Source of the DNA: Callorhinchus milii
Lineage: Eukaryota
DNA: 64,000 nt
Assembly: GCF_018977255.1 (NCBI RefSeq)
Contig: NW_024704742.1
Span: forward strand, 18,478,001-18,542,000
Reading direction: 5' to 3'
Part shown: positions 1-12,790 of the stretch, in pieces
Numbering within the stretch: the first letter of the stretch is position 1
How the letters are laid out: every line of letters begins with the position of its first letter
Notes under the pieces: model-generated
Seen by the model: the letters and a program-made list of their open reading frames with translations, nothing else
The model's database searches: none
Told to the model about the DNA's origin: nothing
Translations under genes and position numbers: made by a program

Positions 1-207
1 TCACATTGTAATAGAGTGCTGTTATCAAGCTGGTAACCGTGCTCTTTGGTGAAATTCTTGATGCTGAAACTTTCATTGCCTTGAAGAAAGTTATTGACAC
101 TTTCGGGAATGTTGTTTCCATCACCAGCATCAATGCTCAGAACTGCAGACACAATTTTCCATAATAAATATATTATGCTCACGTTGGCCACTGCTTTTTC
201 TTGGTAT
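1..207 (-). CDS. ASIC5: ASIC5 (bile acid-sensitive ion channel, ENaC/DEG family) coding exon, truncated by the window edge
   Basis: Acceptor ttctctacag| (AG at 209-208 on minus). In phase with the 2814 donor it reads (R)YQEKAVANVSIIYLLWKIVSAVLSIDAGDGNNIPESVNNFLQGNESFSIKNFTKEHGYQLDNSTLLQC, which resembles mammalian ASIC5 RFQTDAVAKFGVIFFLWHIVS...NFSI...GFYLNNSTLLDC. Confidence 0.93.
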
Positions 208-1410
208 CTGTAGAGAACAAAACACAATCACCATCTTACCATTTGAAAACTTAATAAGGACATTTGTATAAGTGACTCCATGATCCAAAATCCATCGCCA
301 CTAAATGTGGAGCCAATCTTTTACTTGTCATTTCTATCTGTTGTAAATTGTTAGATTTCTCCTCTCTTTCATACACACAGAAACATACTCCGTTTATATA
401 TTGTAACAAATAGCATGCGGTGAATCACATTTATGCACTTGGGCTAAAATAAAAATAGCAGTTGTGTTCAATTAGTTATTTTGCACATTTGTACAGTTTG
501 TACAGTTTTGTTTCAAGCAGTACACATGTAGTATTAATTCAAGTCAAGGCATAGTAATTGAGGGCTTCCTTAACTGTTCTGGGATCCAATTTTGTGAGGG
601 GTTATTTCTTCGCAAATTTCATAATATGAATTGTGTAATTCTTTTGCATGTAATGAATCTAATGAACTTTCCATAGTACATTTGATGCTATAGAAATGTA
701 TATGGGGAAATGTTGTAGTAAAAAATCTGTTACGATATATCAAAATTTAGTCCCCAAAAACCTGGAATAAGATTTGTAAAACTCATAGTGTGAATCAACT
801 GTGAAACTCAGCCATAACAAAATCAGAAATACAAGAAATCTAACAACTTAAATGACATTGGTGGAACTGACAGGTGGAAGCTGGATAAATCATGCAGCAA
901 GCACATGTAGAGAAAATGTAGAGAAAAGTATCAAAACATATCAATGGTGCAGCATATTTCAAATGTTTCAGTAGAGATGCCAAAAATGTAGGTATACTAA
1001 AGCTAATATACTGACCAATTATGTACTAAATTGCAGGCTAAAACAGATGGGTTATATGATCAGCTTTGTATGAGAATGCATGACTTCCAGACAAATGCCA
1101 AATGGTTAAAGGATTTGAACGAATTACAGAATGAATTGTTCCTAACACAAAATCAAGAGATCCAACAGCAGTGCATCTGTGGTCTTTTCGAAAGGGCATT
1201 TATTGCTCATGCACACAGAGACTGCTAATGTTTATGGTCCCTTACATCTTTTTTGCCATTCTTTGGATGAAATGTTAAACCAATGTCCCATTTTCCTGTT
1301 CAGGTGGATGATGTTCAAGATCCCATCTCACTATTCAAAAAGAGAAGGGAGTTTCAACAAGTCCCGCCAAGAAAATATATCCTTAAAGGTATGGATTGTT
1401 TTAGTTTGAA

Positions 1411-1810
1411 GTGATCGACTTCAAGATCCTCACCCTTGTCTTCAAATCCCTCTATTCCTCTGCAATCCCCTACCTCTCCGACCTCCTCGCTCCTCAAAAC
1501 AGTGCCCATTGCCTTTGTTCCTCCGGGTCTGGCCTCCTCCTTGTCCCCCGAGTCCTCCGCTCCACCCTCGGCGGCCGTACCTTCAGCCACTATGCTCCGA
1601 GGCTCTGGAACTCCCTTCCTCACTCCCTTTGCCTCACCCCCTCTCTTCCTATTTTCAGGACTCTGCTGAAGAACTTTCTTTTCGACTGCGCCTTTTGTCA
1701 CCTTCCTCCCCCTCCCCCTGACTCGGCCCCAGGATCCGTTACTGTGAAGCACTCTGAGATGCCATCCGACATGGAGGGCGCTATATAAATACAAGTTGTT
1801 GTTGTTGTTT
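1411..1810 (+). mobile_element. L2-clade LINE 3' fragment (tail type B, (GTT)n)
   Basis: IDFKILTLVFKSL...PYLSDLL...GGRTFSHYAPRLWNSLP is the C-terminus of an L2 ORF; tail gagggcgctatataaat...gttgttgtt. Confidence 0.9.
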
Positions 1811-1849
1811 AGACTCAGTCAGAATCAACTTGACATAGGAGGCTGCCAG

Positions 1850-2370
1850 GCAAATAAACAGGGCATTAGATACCTGTTTATAGACAAATAAGCTTTGAAG
1901 ATTGAATTATCTTCAGTCTCGAGAAGAGATGCCTCAGAGGGGGATCTTATATAGATATGTGAGATTTTAAACGTGATTAAAAAAGTAAAGCCAGAGCAAT
2001 ACTTTCAGATACAATACAATTTAAAATATAATTTATACTTGTACACCAAATTTCACTTCGCAGAGACGTCTCAAAATGCTTCATAGTGAAATCAGAGTGT
2101 AAACTGAAGAAGAGAGTGGAATGCACAAATGCTGAGAACAAGAGAGCACAGGTTTAGAGTTGCAAAAGATCATTTTAAGACAGAAACTAGGAAGTATTTC
2201 TTTTCACAGAGGTTAATTAACAACTGACTACGAAGCGTGGTTGAGGCAAATGCTGGACTCATTTAAGAAAAAAGCTTGATGTTTTAATGTGAGGATTATA
2301 GGGTGGATATTCTGGCAGAATGAGATCAAATGAGTCAAAGAACATTCTTCATCCAAACCTCTCTTATGAT
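1850..2370 (+). mobile_element. Degenerate CR1 LINE 3' fragment
   Basis: Remnants of the CR1 RRLRGDLI and RKYFFSQRV motifs (gaagagatgcctcagagggggatctt; ggaagtatttcttttcacagagg). Confidence 0.6.
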
Positions 2371-2813
2371 CTTGATGGAGGCTTTTCATTCCATTAACGA
2401 TAGGGTCTTTGATCTGATGTTTATTTACCTGGGACTGTCTTCACTTTAATTAGTGAGACGAAACATGCATGAAAACTAAATAGTGAAAATGTATATAGCA
2501 TTTGCTCCACTGGTGAGTTTAAACAAAAGTGTTAAGAAAGCCAATTGATGGATAAAATGTAGCTTGTCATTAATTAAGTTTGATAAAAAATCTATGCAAT
2601 GATCTCGGAAAAAAAATTCATCTTGTAGTCACAAAGCAAAGATAATCCTCGTTTTTTTTTAGAAACTTTAATTCTATGTTTGACTTTCATGGCATTTTAA
2701 GAAAAAAATATATCTTAGTTAAAATTAATTAATTGTTAAAATCACACCACTTATGGAATTTCTTTGATTTTACAGCAGTTAGAATTAAATCTTAAACATG
2801 AGACCTGGAATAC

Positions 2814-3116
2814 CTGTTTAAATTGCAGAATGTAACGGCAGGAAATTCAATATCTTCAACATACTTGATGGTGAGAGACGTGGATGTTGGCCAAGTGAAA
2901 TAATTAATAAAGAGTTGGGTAATCTGGGAAGAAACTCCAATTACAGAAAGTGAGACAATCACTATCCAGAGGACTCTGCGGATTCTGGGTTTGCTCTGCA
3001 GTGCATTGTGCAAACCATGGAGAGAGGTTGAGGTTGCAAAATCATAGTCAATGTGTCTTATGTTCTCCATAGATGTAACTGCTTTTCCACAAAAGACCAA
3101 ACTTTTTTTAATGCTC
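2814..3116 (-). CDS. ASIC5: ASIC5 coding exon: pre-TM1 HG motif, TM1 and FPAVTFCNLN signature
   Basis: Acceptor ttttcag|, donor AACAG|gtattc, 303 nt. Translation ...DYDFATSTSLHGLHNALQSKPRIRRVLWIVIV...YFTWPTSTSLTIKYVEDIEFPAVTFCNLNR carries the ENaC/DEG signature and is most like ASIC5. Adjacency to TDO2 supports orthology. Confidence 0.95.
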
Positions 3117-3244
3117 CTGAAAAGATACAACCGAAAGAAAATAACACTATCAGTGAATTTATGGTTTTAAATAACGGCAGCTTTGACATGTGAAGAGCGT
3201 TTCAAGTTTACTACAATAATACAGTTCATTACATAGTAATACTT

Positions 3245-4315
3245 AGAATATACAACACAGAAAAGGCCATTTGGCCCAACTGGTCTATGCCGGCATTTAT
3301 GCTCCACATGGGCTTCCTCCGGCCCTTCATCAACTAAACCTATCAGCAAAACCTTCTATTCCTTTCTCCCTCATATACTTATCTAGCTTCCCCTTAAATG
3401 CACCTATGCTGTTCGCCTCAACTACTCGTTGTGGTAGCAAGTTCCACATTCCCACCACTCTCTGGATAAAGTTTCTTCTGACTTCCCTATTTGATTTATT
3501 GGTGAGTATTTTATATTTATGGCCCTTAAACCTTTTCATCATTTTAAAGACCTCTATTGGGTCATCCCTCACCCTTCTCTTTTCAAGAGAAAAGAATCGA
3601 AGCTTGTTCAGCCTTTCGTGATAGTTTGCAGTTCCGGTATCATCCTTCTAAATCTGCTTTGCACCTTCTCCAGTGCCTCTATATCCTTTCTATAATGTGG
3701 GGACCAGAACTGTACACAGTACTCCAAGTGTGGTCTAACCAAGGTTCGATATAGGTTTAGCATAACTTCCCTGCTTTTCATTTCTATCCCTCTATAAATG
3801 AACCCCAATGCTTGGTTTGCTTTTTTTAATCGCCTTATTAACCTGCATCGCTATTTTTAGCGATTTGTGTATTTGTATCCCTAGATCCCTTTGCTCCTCT
3901 ACCCCATTTAGATTCTTATTTTCCAGGCAGTTTGTGACCTCTTTATTCCTCTTACAAAATGTACCACCTCACACTTATCTATATTGAAATTAATTTGCAA
4001 ATTAAATGCCCATTCAGCAAGTTTATTAACGTCTTGCTGTAATTTGCTGCAGTCCTCCTCAGTATTATTTACAGCTCCCAATTTGGTGTCATCTGCAAAT
4101 TTTGAAATTGTACTTTCGATCCCTGAGTCCAAATCATTAATGTGAATTGTGAACAACAGTGGTCCCAATACTGATCCTTGTGGAACGCCACTTCCCACCC
4201 TCTGCCAGTTTGAGTAGCTACCCTTTACCCCTACTCTCTGTTTTCTGTCTTGTAGCCAGCTTGCTATCCATTCTACTACTTTTCCCCTGACTCCACATGC
4301 TCTGACCTTATCCAT
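3245..4315 (-). mobile_element. CR1 LINE, 5'-truncated (RT domain and 3' end)
   Basis: ORF pieces [13 protein letters not shown]...SKFADDTKL, LVRPHLEYCVQFWSP and RRNFIQRVVGMWNLLP. Confidence 0.93.
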
Positions 4316-4485
4316 TCATATCTTGCTATTTTATACAAATCTTAAATCATATGAGATAATAAATATTGAGCAAATTATATACCAAGATTGGGGTAAACAT
4401 TGATAACTAATTTAAAATCAAATACTAATATGTTTGGCAATTTAGAACCAATTGTTATTGTTTCACAGAGCCTGTAACACATATA

Positions 4486-4945
4486 TGTTACAGTAAAGTT
4501 GTGAAACCAGGGATTTTGGACGTCCCTGATATTTTCAATAAGGGATTGTTAACACAATTGAGGCTTCCATGACACTAGGAGTTACATTTTAGCTTTGCAC
4601 AGACTTTGTGTGGTGGACAAGACTTTACGAAGTGTAACTACGGTCAGAAGAAATTTCAGACTAACCATTGTAAATGTTTGAATGCAAAGATAAAATTAAC
4701 ATTTGACTCATCAGTGAATAAAATGTCACATGAAGTATATGATGAATAAAATATTAATTTTCATAATGTGTTATTTATTTGCTGTTAATGCTAACAACTG
4801 TCAAGGCAAGGTTATCAACATGATGAAATGATCACTTTTTCACAAAATCCCTGATTTCTAATTTGAGTGATTTCATGGTTTCATAATTTTAATGAAAACT
4901 TCAGGAATTTTGCAAAATCCCTGGTTTCACAATTTTGCTGTAACA
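4486..4945. mobile_element. Non-autonomous DNA transposon (MITE) with about 33-bp TIRs
   Basis: TATA|TGTTACAGTAAAGTTGTGAAACCAGGGATTTTG ... CAAAATCCCTGGTTTCACAATTTTGCTGTAACA|TATA. Confidence 0.8.
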
Positions 4946-6570
4946 TATACAAATAAAGATTTTTTAATCATCTTTTCTATTAACAATGTATAATATGAGT
5001 CAAAGATTTGTTTTTGTCAAATCAGTCTAAATGCATTGGAATAATTGTCTTATAGAATGAGACACATTAATTTTTCATGGTGCTGCTGTATTTACTACTA
5101 ATAAGTAATAATCACTGTATCTGCTATAGTGCCTTTACAATCTTGAGGATGTCTCAAAGTGGTTCACTGGATCCACTGTAAAATCAAGTAATACTCTATG
5201 TAGGCAATATTAGATTAATATCTGACAAATATATATAACATATTCAATACATAATATAGTATTTGTGTTTCATACAATACATAATTATATATTTAATTAA
5301 CATATATATTAATATATTATAATTAATATAAGAAGTTACTATTCACCTACACAATCCACAGTCATTACACTTTATAACAAATCCTATGGAGCACTTTTTG
5401 AGACATTATCTCCACGTGAAAGGCTCTACAACAACAATAAATGGCGCCCCTCATGTAAATAGTATCTTGGAGCTCTTAACAGCGGTGTAGTTTGACGCCA
5501 AGGTGGAAAGAGAGGGGAGGTGACTGAAGGCACAGTCAAAGAGGAAAGTTTGCAGGTGTGATTTGAAGACAGGTGAATAGTGGGCAAAATGGAAGGATTG
5601 AGGCATGGCATTATATTAACAAATGCAAAGATTATTTTGTTATAAGCAGAATCTACCTTCCTTAAACTAATATTTCTCTCCAGGCATCATCAAAACAATT
5701 AAATGAATGTTGAATGAATCACAGATACCGGGGCCAAAAATATGACATTTGTATCTGGATTTAGCAATATTTAATCTATCTAATAACAAGAAGTGTGTTG
5801 GGTGAATTTTACAGCTCTGACAAGATCTATCTCTGATCTCCCTGTAATTAGGTCAGTGTAATGCACCTCTGGCTCTGGGCAGATGAATCCTATGCAAATC
5901 AGTTGGGAATTTTGCCTTCTGACCCATTCTAATTGTAACATGCTCTGCCATTCAGTTATGTAAATGTACACAAGCTTGTGGAATTTCAATCATATGTTTG
6001 ATGAGGTTATGTTTCAATTTATCAACAATATACCATTACTCTTGTGGAGCTGTCCTACTTCTGAAACAAGTTCATATCAAGACTGGAAAAATCTAAACCC
6101 AGGAAGAATATCTTATCCCATGCTTAAATGGCACATCATAACCCCTTCCCCCTCCCCCCACCAAAACCAATAGTCCTTCCACAGCTCATTGAAAAATATG
6201 AATAGCTTTAACTGGTTAATCTCAAAAGGGCTAGTAATTTGATAGTTTCTGTTAACTCTAGGCTTAGAGGATTGATTTTTATTGTTGTTAAACAAAACAT
6301 AAACTCTAAATATATCTTTCGCGCAACTCAGATACTACATTTTTCTACTTAACAGTATTATAAAAGAGCAAAAGTAGAGTGAAATTTGTCATGTTTCATA
6401 ATGGTTTCACCTCGATATTTCTCAATTTATTGTACAGTATTTGGGGAAAATATATGTTTTTAAATGATCCAGTGTTTCAAACGGATAGGGAGGAGATTTG
6501 AATAGTGTAAAACTCATTAGCTTAACAAATGTTAGTAACATGCATAGATTACAGAGAAATGTTTCACTTA

Positions 6571-6750
6571 CCTCTTGCTTTAAGCTGTAGTACAAAATCA
6601 TTGAAGGGTATAAAGCAATTCTCCTAACAGTGTTTTACTGAGTTGTTGTGCTGAGCAAAGGAGAAGAAACACTGATGTGACTGAATAACTGGAGGAAGAG
6701 AATGCTTGTTAGTACAGGTAGATTACAGTGGCCTGGGAGCTGTTTTATAT
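6571..6750 (-). promoter_or_regulatory. ASIC5: Candidate ASIC5 first exon and TATA box
   Basis: Strong donor CAAGAG|gtaagt at 6571 on minus, and a TATA-like gatataaaa at about 6743-6751 on minus, in non-repetitive sequence. The only ATG here is out of phase with the next exon (see findings). Confidence 0.4.
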
Positions 6751-8129
6751 CAGCACATATTTCAGATTCCTGGCAGCACTTGCTGCTGTTCAAACATATA
6801 TGCACCTCATGAGTTCATTACAATATAGGGGATGAGATTTCACTATAATTACCCTCTTTTCACTGTAATTACTAAACAAGGGAAAGGTTTGCATACAAAA
6901 TCATAGAGGGGTTATTTTGGATTGTTTCTATAAATGTGTCAAATACTTTTATCCAGTATTAGCATGTGTCTGTTTTGATGATACATCAGAGTTGTGCAAT
7001 AAGATTTTTCAATTATACTAACATCCAAAGATACCCAGAGTATACCACAATTCCATATAAAACTCCTCACCTAAATTGGGGGACTGGAAGGGGGCTTAAT
7101 CTTGTATTCAAGCGTTTCCCTTTAACAGCAGTTAGCTCAGTGATTGATAGCTAGTTCCACATAGAAGTGTAGGATCTCTTGACTGTTCTGCCCCATCGAG
7201 CCTTCAGTAGACTATGAGCTCAAAATCCTGATAAGTAGATAAATCCATAGCTTTATGACTCAGAGGTGAAATATTACCAACTGAGCCAAACTAACACACG
7301 GAATTAGAACCATGAACTGTACTGACATAGGCTTTATAGTCAATTTTGTTTCCGTGGTTTACTGTGGAGAAAAAAGTGTCTCTAAAGATTTAATTTGAAC
7401 CTGAAGTTAATAACACAATATAAGATTTTTCAGATATTCTGGCCTTTCAAGGGCACCAGAACTGGTCTGGTATTTATCCTTACTGCCTGAAGTGCGTAGC
7501 AAGGCAATAAAGTATTAAATAAAATCTATATTTTAATATTAATGGTCACAAAGAAATGGCATTGCGTAAAATGAAGAGCCAAGCTAACTGAGCGGAAAGG
7601 ATTAAGACGAGTGATATTTATGTCTGTTTGAACCTTAAGAAAAGTAATGAAAAGTAGCCATGGAGGCTAATGTTCCATATTCACAAAAAGATACAATGTG
7701 TCAAATACAATCTCCAAAAGCTGCCAAAATGTGACAAAATCCAGAGAGCAAGATACTCCCTCCATCCTCTCACTTTGGCAACCTCAAATGTTGCTTCACT
7801 ATTTCAAAGTAGGAATCTGTCAGTATCCTAGTACTATTAAAGTTCATGCTTTGGAGGTGACAGAAATATATAACTTTATACATATACAGGCTCCAAGTTT
7901 AGCTTTGATGCCTGACATGCATATCTGCATGATGGAGCAGTTAATAATAATCCCCAGTATATCAGGAATGTGATACAATCCCTTTCCCTTTTCCCTTCTA
8001 TTGCTTATCGGTGATCATTGGGGAAGAAAAATATGACTGCTGTTTCATACTGTTATCGCTAAGTACATAGCGGAATAAATTGTACATGTAATAGTGTAGG
8101 AAATGAGCTACAAAGTTAAGGTGGATTAT

Positions 8130-8468
8130 GCTACCAACCTGCTCGCTCCCTCCACTCGCAGGTACTGGCTTGCTTCACATACCCTGCCCTACCCGCCCCA
8201 ACATCAGTGGTCGAAACTTCAGCCTTTCTGCACCCATTCTCTGGATCTCCATTCCAGAGTCCCTTCACCTCGCCCTTTTGCTTCGCCTCCTTCAAGGTCT
8301 GTCTCATGACCTTCCTCTTTGACTGTGCCATTGCTTATCTTCCCACCCCATCCTCCTTGGCTCCACCCCTCCCGAATCCAATCACCAGTTTGAGTGCAAA
8401 CCTTTGACTGTTCAGCACCTTGGGAGTGATGTGAAAAGCATTATATAAATGCAATTATTGTTGTTATT
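8130..8468 (+). mobile_element. L2 LINE 3' fragment
   Basis: GLLHIPCPTRPNISGRNFSLSAPILW, followed by an L2-type tail. Confidence 0.8.
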
Positions 8469-8524
8469 GGGTTGGATGCAAGTAAATTACAACAAAAGCC
8501 AATGCAGTTAGCATTAATGAAAGG

Positions 8525-9360
8525 ACATAGAATCATAAAATCATTGAATTTTACGCTGGGTAGGGCAGGACATGTGAAGAAGGCCATTCGGCCCATCGTG
8601 CCTGTGTTGGCTCTTTGAAAGAGCTGCTAACTAGTCCGACTCCCCCGCTCTTATCCCACAGCTCTGCAAATTATTCCTTTTTAAGTACCTATCTAATTCT
8701 CTTTTGAAAACTATTATTGATTCTGCTTCCACCACCCTTTCAGGCAATGCATAACATACCATAAAAACTCTCTGGATAAAAAAAATTCTCCTCGTGTCCC
8801 CTCTGGTTCTTTTGCCAATTATCTTACATCTGTATCCTCTGGTTACTGATCCAACCACTAGAGGAAACAATTTCTGCCTATCTACTCTATCAAAACCGCT
8901 CAGAATTTTGAACACCTCTGTTAAATCTCCCCGAAACCTTCTCGGCTCTCAGGAGAATAATCCCAGTCTCTCCACATAATTATAGTTCCTCATCCCTAGT
9001 ATCATTCTTGTAAATCTTCTTTGTATCCTCTCCAAGGCCCTGACATCCTTCTTAAGGTGTGGTGTAGGTAGGATACAATACTCCAGCTGAGGCCTAAACA
9101 GTGATTTGTAAAGGTTCAACATAACTTCCTTGCTCATATACCCTATGCCTCCATTTATAAAGCCAAGGATCCCATATACTTTTTTTAACTGCTATGTCAA
9201 CTTGTCTTGCCACCTTCAAAGAATTTGTATATGTGAACCTCCAACTCTCTCTGTTCCTGCACTCCCTTTAGAATTGTACCTTTTATCTTATATTGCCTAT
9301 CCTCACTCCTCCTCCCAACATGTATCACTTTGCATGTATGAGTCTGCATTAAATTCTATG
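8525..9360 (-). mobile_element. CR1 LINE 3' fragment
   Basis: LYKSLFRPQLEYC, LERIQRRFTRMI and FKILSGFDRVD...FIQRV motifs. Confidence 0.9.
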
Positions 9361-9552
9361 GTTGTATATATACAAAAAGTGCAATGATTTGAAAGGGAGG
9401 GCAAAGGCACAGTCAATTTTTTTATTTAATAAAAATCAATTGGTGTGCTTTTGTTTACATGGACAAACTGGTTTCTTCACTTGAGCAAGCATTCAGCCAA
9501 AGGATGGGTTGAGGATCTCACCAAATGGATATCAGGGAAGTACATTGACTCT

Positions 9553-10530
9553 ACAACAACAACAACAACAAGATTACATTTGTATAGCGCCTTTCACGTC
9601 AGGAGGACGTCCCAAGGCGCTAGACAGTGTACAGCATTTCAGACCTGAGCTGGGGTCAAGGGAGGAGAAGGGATGGGAGGGGAAGGGGGGTGGTCGATGA
9701 CATGGTCGGAGAGGAGGGTCTTGCGACGGGACTTAAAGGAGGCTAAGGAGGGGGCGAGGCGGAGTGATTGGGGATGGAATTCCAGAGGTTGGGGGCAGAG
9801 TGGCTGAAGGGTCTCCCGCCAATGGTGGGGCGGGTGAGTTGGGGACATGGAGCAGGCCGGAGCCGGCTGAGCGGAGGGAGCGGGTGGGTTGGTAGGGGGT
9901 TAGAAGGTCACAGAGGTAGGGTGGGGCGAGGCCATGGAGAGATTTTGAAGGTGAGGAGCAGGATCTTGAACAGGATCCTCTGAACATAAGAACATAAGAA
10001 TTAGGAGCAGGAGTAGGCCATTCGGCCCCTCAAGCCTGCCCCGCCATTCCCTGAAGGATAGGGAGCCAATGGTGTCGGCCGAGAATGGGGGAGATTGGGT
10101 CATGGAGTTTGGTGCGGGAGAGGACACGGGCTGCAGAGTACTGGATTATCTGCTGCCTGTGGAGGGAGGAGTTGGGAAGGCCAACAAGCAGGGCATTTGC
10201 ATAGTTGTGCCTGGAGGTGATGAAGGCATGAACAAGAGTTTCAGCGGCCTGAGGGGTGAGGTAGTGGCAGAGTCGGATGATGTTACGGAAGTGAGGGAAG
10301 GAAAACTGGGTCATGGCTTGGATGTGGGGAAGAAAAGACAGTTGAGGCTTGAACAAGACATCTAGGTTTCTGACTGGCTTGGTGAGTTGTAGTGTGCAAC
10401 CATGGAGGTTGATGCTGCCAGAGCCTGAAGTGCTGAGGCGCTGGCGCGAGCCAATCAGGAGGGCCTCAGTCTTGTTCACATTCAACTGTAGGAAGTTTGC
10501 CCTCATCCAGGACTTGATGTCTGACAGACA
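9553..10530 (-). mobile_element. L2 LINE 3' part (tail type A) with a nested short CR1 3' end at 9985-10050
   Basis: MRANFLQLNVNKTEALLIG...HWLPI; (CAA)n tail at 9553; the CR1 tail insert is flanked by a CTGAA duplication (9980-9984 and 10051-10055). Confidence 0.92.
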
Positions 10531-10989
10531 GGGTCTGACACGGAGCGGGGCAGTTGGATCTGTATGGACCTGCTTTGCAGAGTCCCTCTTTCTCTATGAA
10601 ATCTAGAAGATAAAGAGGAAAAGCACAATTTTAGTTTTGCTCCCAACCAATAGTTGAATATATTTGTTAAAAATAACAATTAGATTTGCAAATTATAATT
10701 CTCAGTACCTGGTCTGGGAAACAAATGAAGCAAAATGTACTTGTGAGAACTCTTCTCCAAGGGAGGAGCTTAGTTCAGTACAAAGTTCTCACTAGCTAGT
10801 TGGTGTGATGTATGTGAGGTTCTCTGCATGAGATGCACTTTATGTCCTGAGACAATTTACAGGATTTACACTGCAATTTTCTCATTCAAGTTTTTCTTCA
10901 ACCCCCTGCCCCTGGCAAGTCAAGTTACTCCAATGGATCAATGATTAAATGTACTATGCAGACCTAATACTCCCAAAGATCACTATAGT

Positions 10990-11200
10990 AATGATAATAA
11001 TAATCCTTGCATTTGTTATAGCGCTTTTCACGACTTCCAGACGTCACAAAGCGCTTCACCGAATATAATATAAAGTGAATTGACTGTAAATTTTGTGGGC
11101 AAAACATGGCAGCTAATTGCGCACAGCAGTGTCCCCCAAATAGTCGTGGATCGAGTGACCAAATTATTATTGTTTGTTTTTACTTGAGGGATTATTATTA
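10990..11200 (-). mobile_element. SINE 3' half (Deu-like segment plus L2-type tail)
   Basis: Matches the 3' half of the SINE at 35469-35794. Confidence 0.8.
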
Positions 11201-11451
11201 TCATTGTTCAGTGAATGAGCCGATCACAGCTTGGGTGGCAGGAAGCAAGGGTTACATTTGGTCTCCACTGCACTGAATGAGGGAGGGTGGAAATCAGTCT
11301 GATCTTGATCTTGTTCTTGACCATGGGCAAGTGACCTCCACGTGAAATTCACATGATCTAAGCTGGGGACATTTTGCAGCTCTGCTGAGGCAGTTTCCAT
11401 GATTCGTTAGCCTTCTGACATTCATTGAGATCTAAGGTTTGCAAACAAGGT

Positions 11452-12790
11452 CTGAAGGATAGGGAGCCAATGGAGTCGGGCGAGAGTGGGGGAGATGGGG
11501 TCATGGAGTTTGGTGATGTAGAGGACATGGACTGCAGAGTTCTGGATTATCTGCAGTCTGTGGAAGGAGGAGTTGGGAAGGCCGACAAGCAGAGCATTTG
11601 CATAGTCGAGCCTGGAGGTGAAGAAGACATGAATAAGCGTTTCAGTGGCCTGAGGGGTGAGGTAGTGGCGGAGTCAGGCGATGTTACGGAGGTGAGGGAA
11701 GGCAGAGCGTGTCATGTCTTGAATGCGGGAAGAAAAGACAGTTGAGGGTTGAACAAGACACCTAGGTTCCTGACTGGCTTGGTGAGTTGTAGTGTGCAAC
11801 CATGGAGGTTGATGCTGCCAGAGCCTGAGGTGCAGAGGTGCTGGCGCGAGCCAATAAGGAGGGCCTCAGTCTTGTTTACATTCAACTGTAGGAAGTTTGC
11901 CCTCATGCAGGACTTGATGTCTGTCAGGACAGCAGTGGTCCTGGAGTTGAGGGTGGAGGCAGAAAGATAAAGTCGGGTGTCATCTGCATACATGTGGAAG
12001 TTGACCCCATGTCTGCGGACGATGTCACCAAGGGGGAGCATGTAGATAGTAAAGAGAAGAGGACCAAGGACAAAGCCCTGTGGGACGCCAATTGTGACAG
12101 TGCAGGGGCTGGAGGAGAAACCGTTAGAGGCAACAAAGTGGAGACGGTTAGAGAGATAGGAATCGAACCGGGCAAGCCCGCGAAGGTTAAGTAAAGCAGA
12201 GAGGCGGTGTATGAAGATGGAGTGGTCGACAGCGTCGAAGGGGGCAGAGAGGTCGAGGAGGACAAGGAGGCAGAGGGAGCCCTGATCACAGATGTTCAGA
12301 ATGTCATTTGTGACTTTGACCAGGGCTGTTTCCATGCTGTGGGCAGCGCAGAAGCCGGATTGGAGGGGTTCAAAGACGGAATGGCAAGAAAAAAGGAGCG
12401 GAGCTGGAATACGATGACTCCTTCCAGGGCCTTGGAGAGGAATGGCAGGTTAGAGATGGGGTGGTAGCTGAAGAGAAGGGATATGTCCAGGGAAGGTTTT
12501 TTTCAAGATGGAGATGATGACGGCTGTTTTTAGAGGGGTTGGAACTGAACCAGTTGACAAGGAGAGGTTGATGACTTCGGACAGGAGAGTGGCCAGAAGG
12601 TGGAGCTGGGAGATGAGGAGAAATGTGGGAATGGGATTGAGGGAACAGGTAGTAGGTTTGAGTTTGCGGACAGTTGTGGTGAGGGAGGAGGGAGAGATAG
12701 GGTCGAAGGAGTATAGGGGGGATGGATGGGGAGTGAGTCATGAGGGAGAGGTGATGTGGGGGTGGCTGTGGACGGGTAAGGTGGCTGAAC
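11452..12790 (-). mobile_element. L2 LINE internal fragment (reverse transcriptase)
   Basis: METALVKVTND...LLDLSAPFDAVDH...GVPQGFVLGPLLF...MYADDTRLY. Confidence 0.94.

Noticed and set aside
11712..12335. Reverse transcriptase ORFs (also 3908-4315, 34766-35365, 63120-63827) as a retron or other novel RT system
   Set aside because: These are frameshifted fragments of ordinary L2 and CR1 non-LTR retrotransposons with typical tails.
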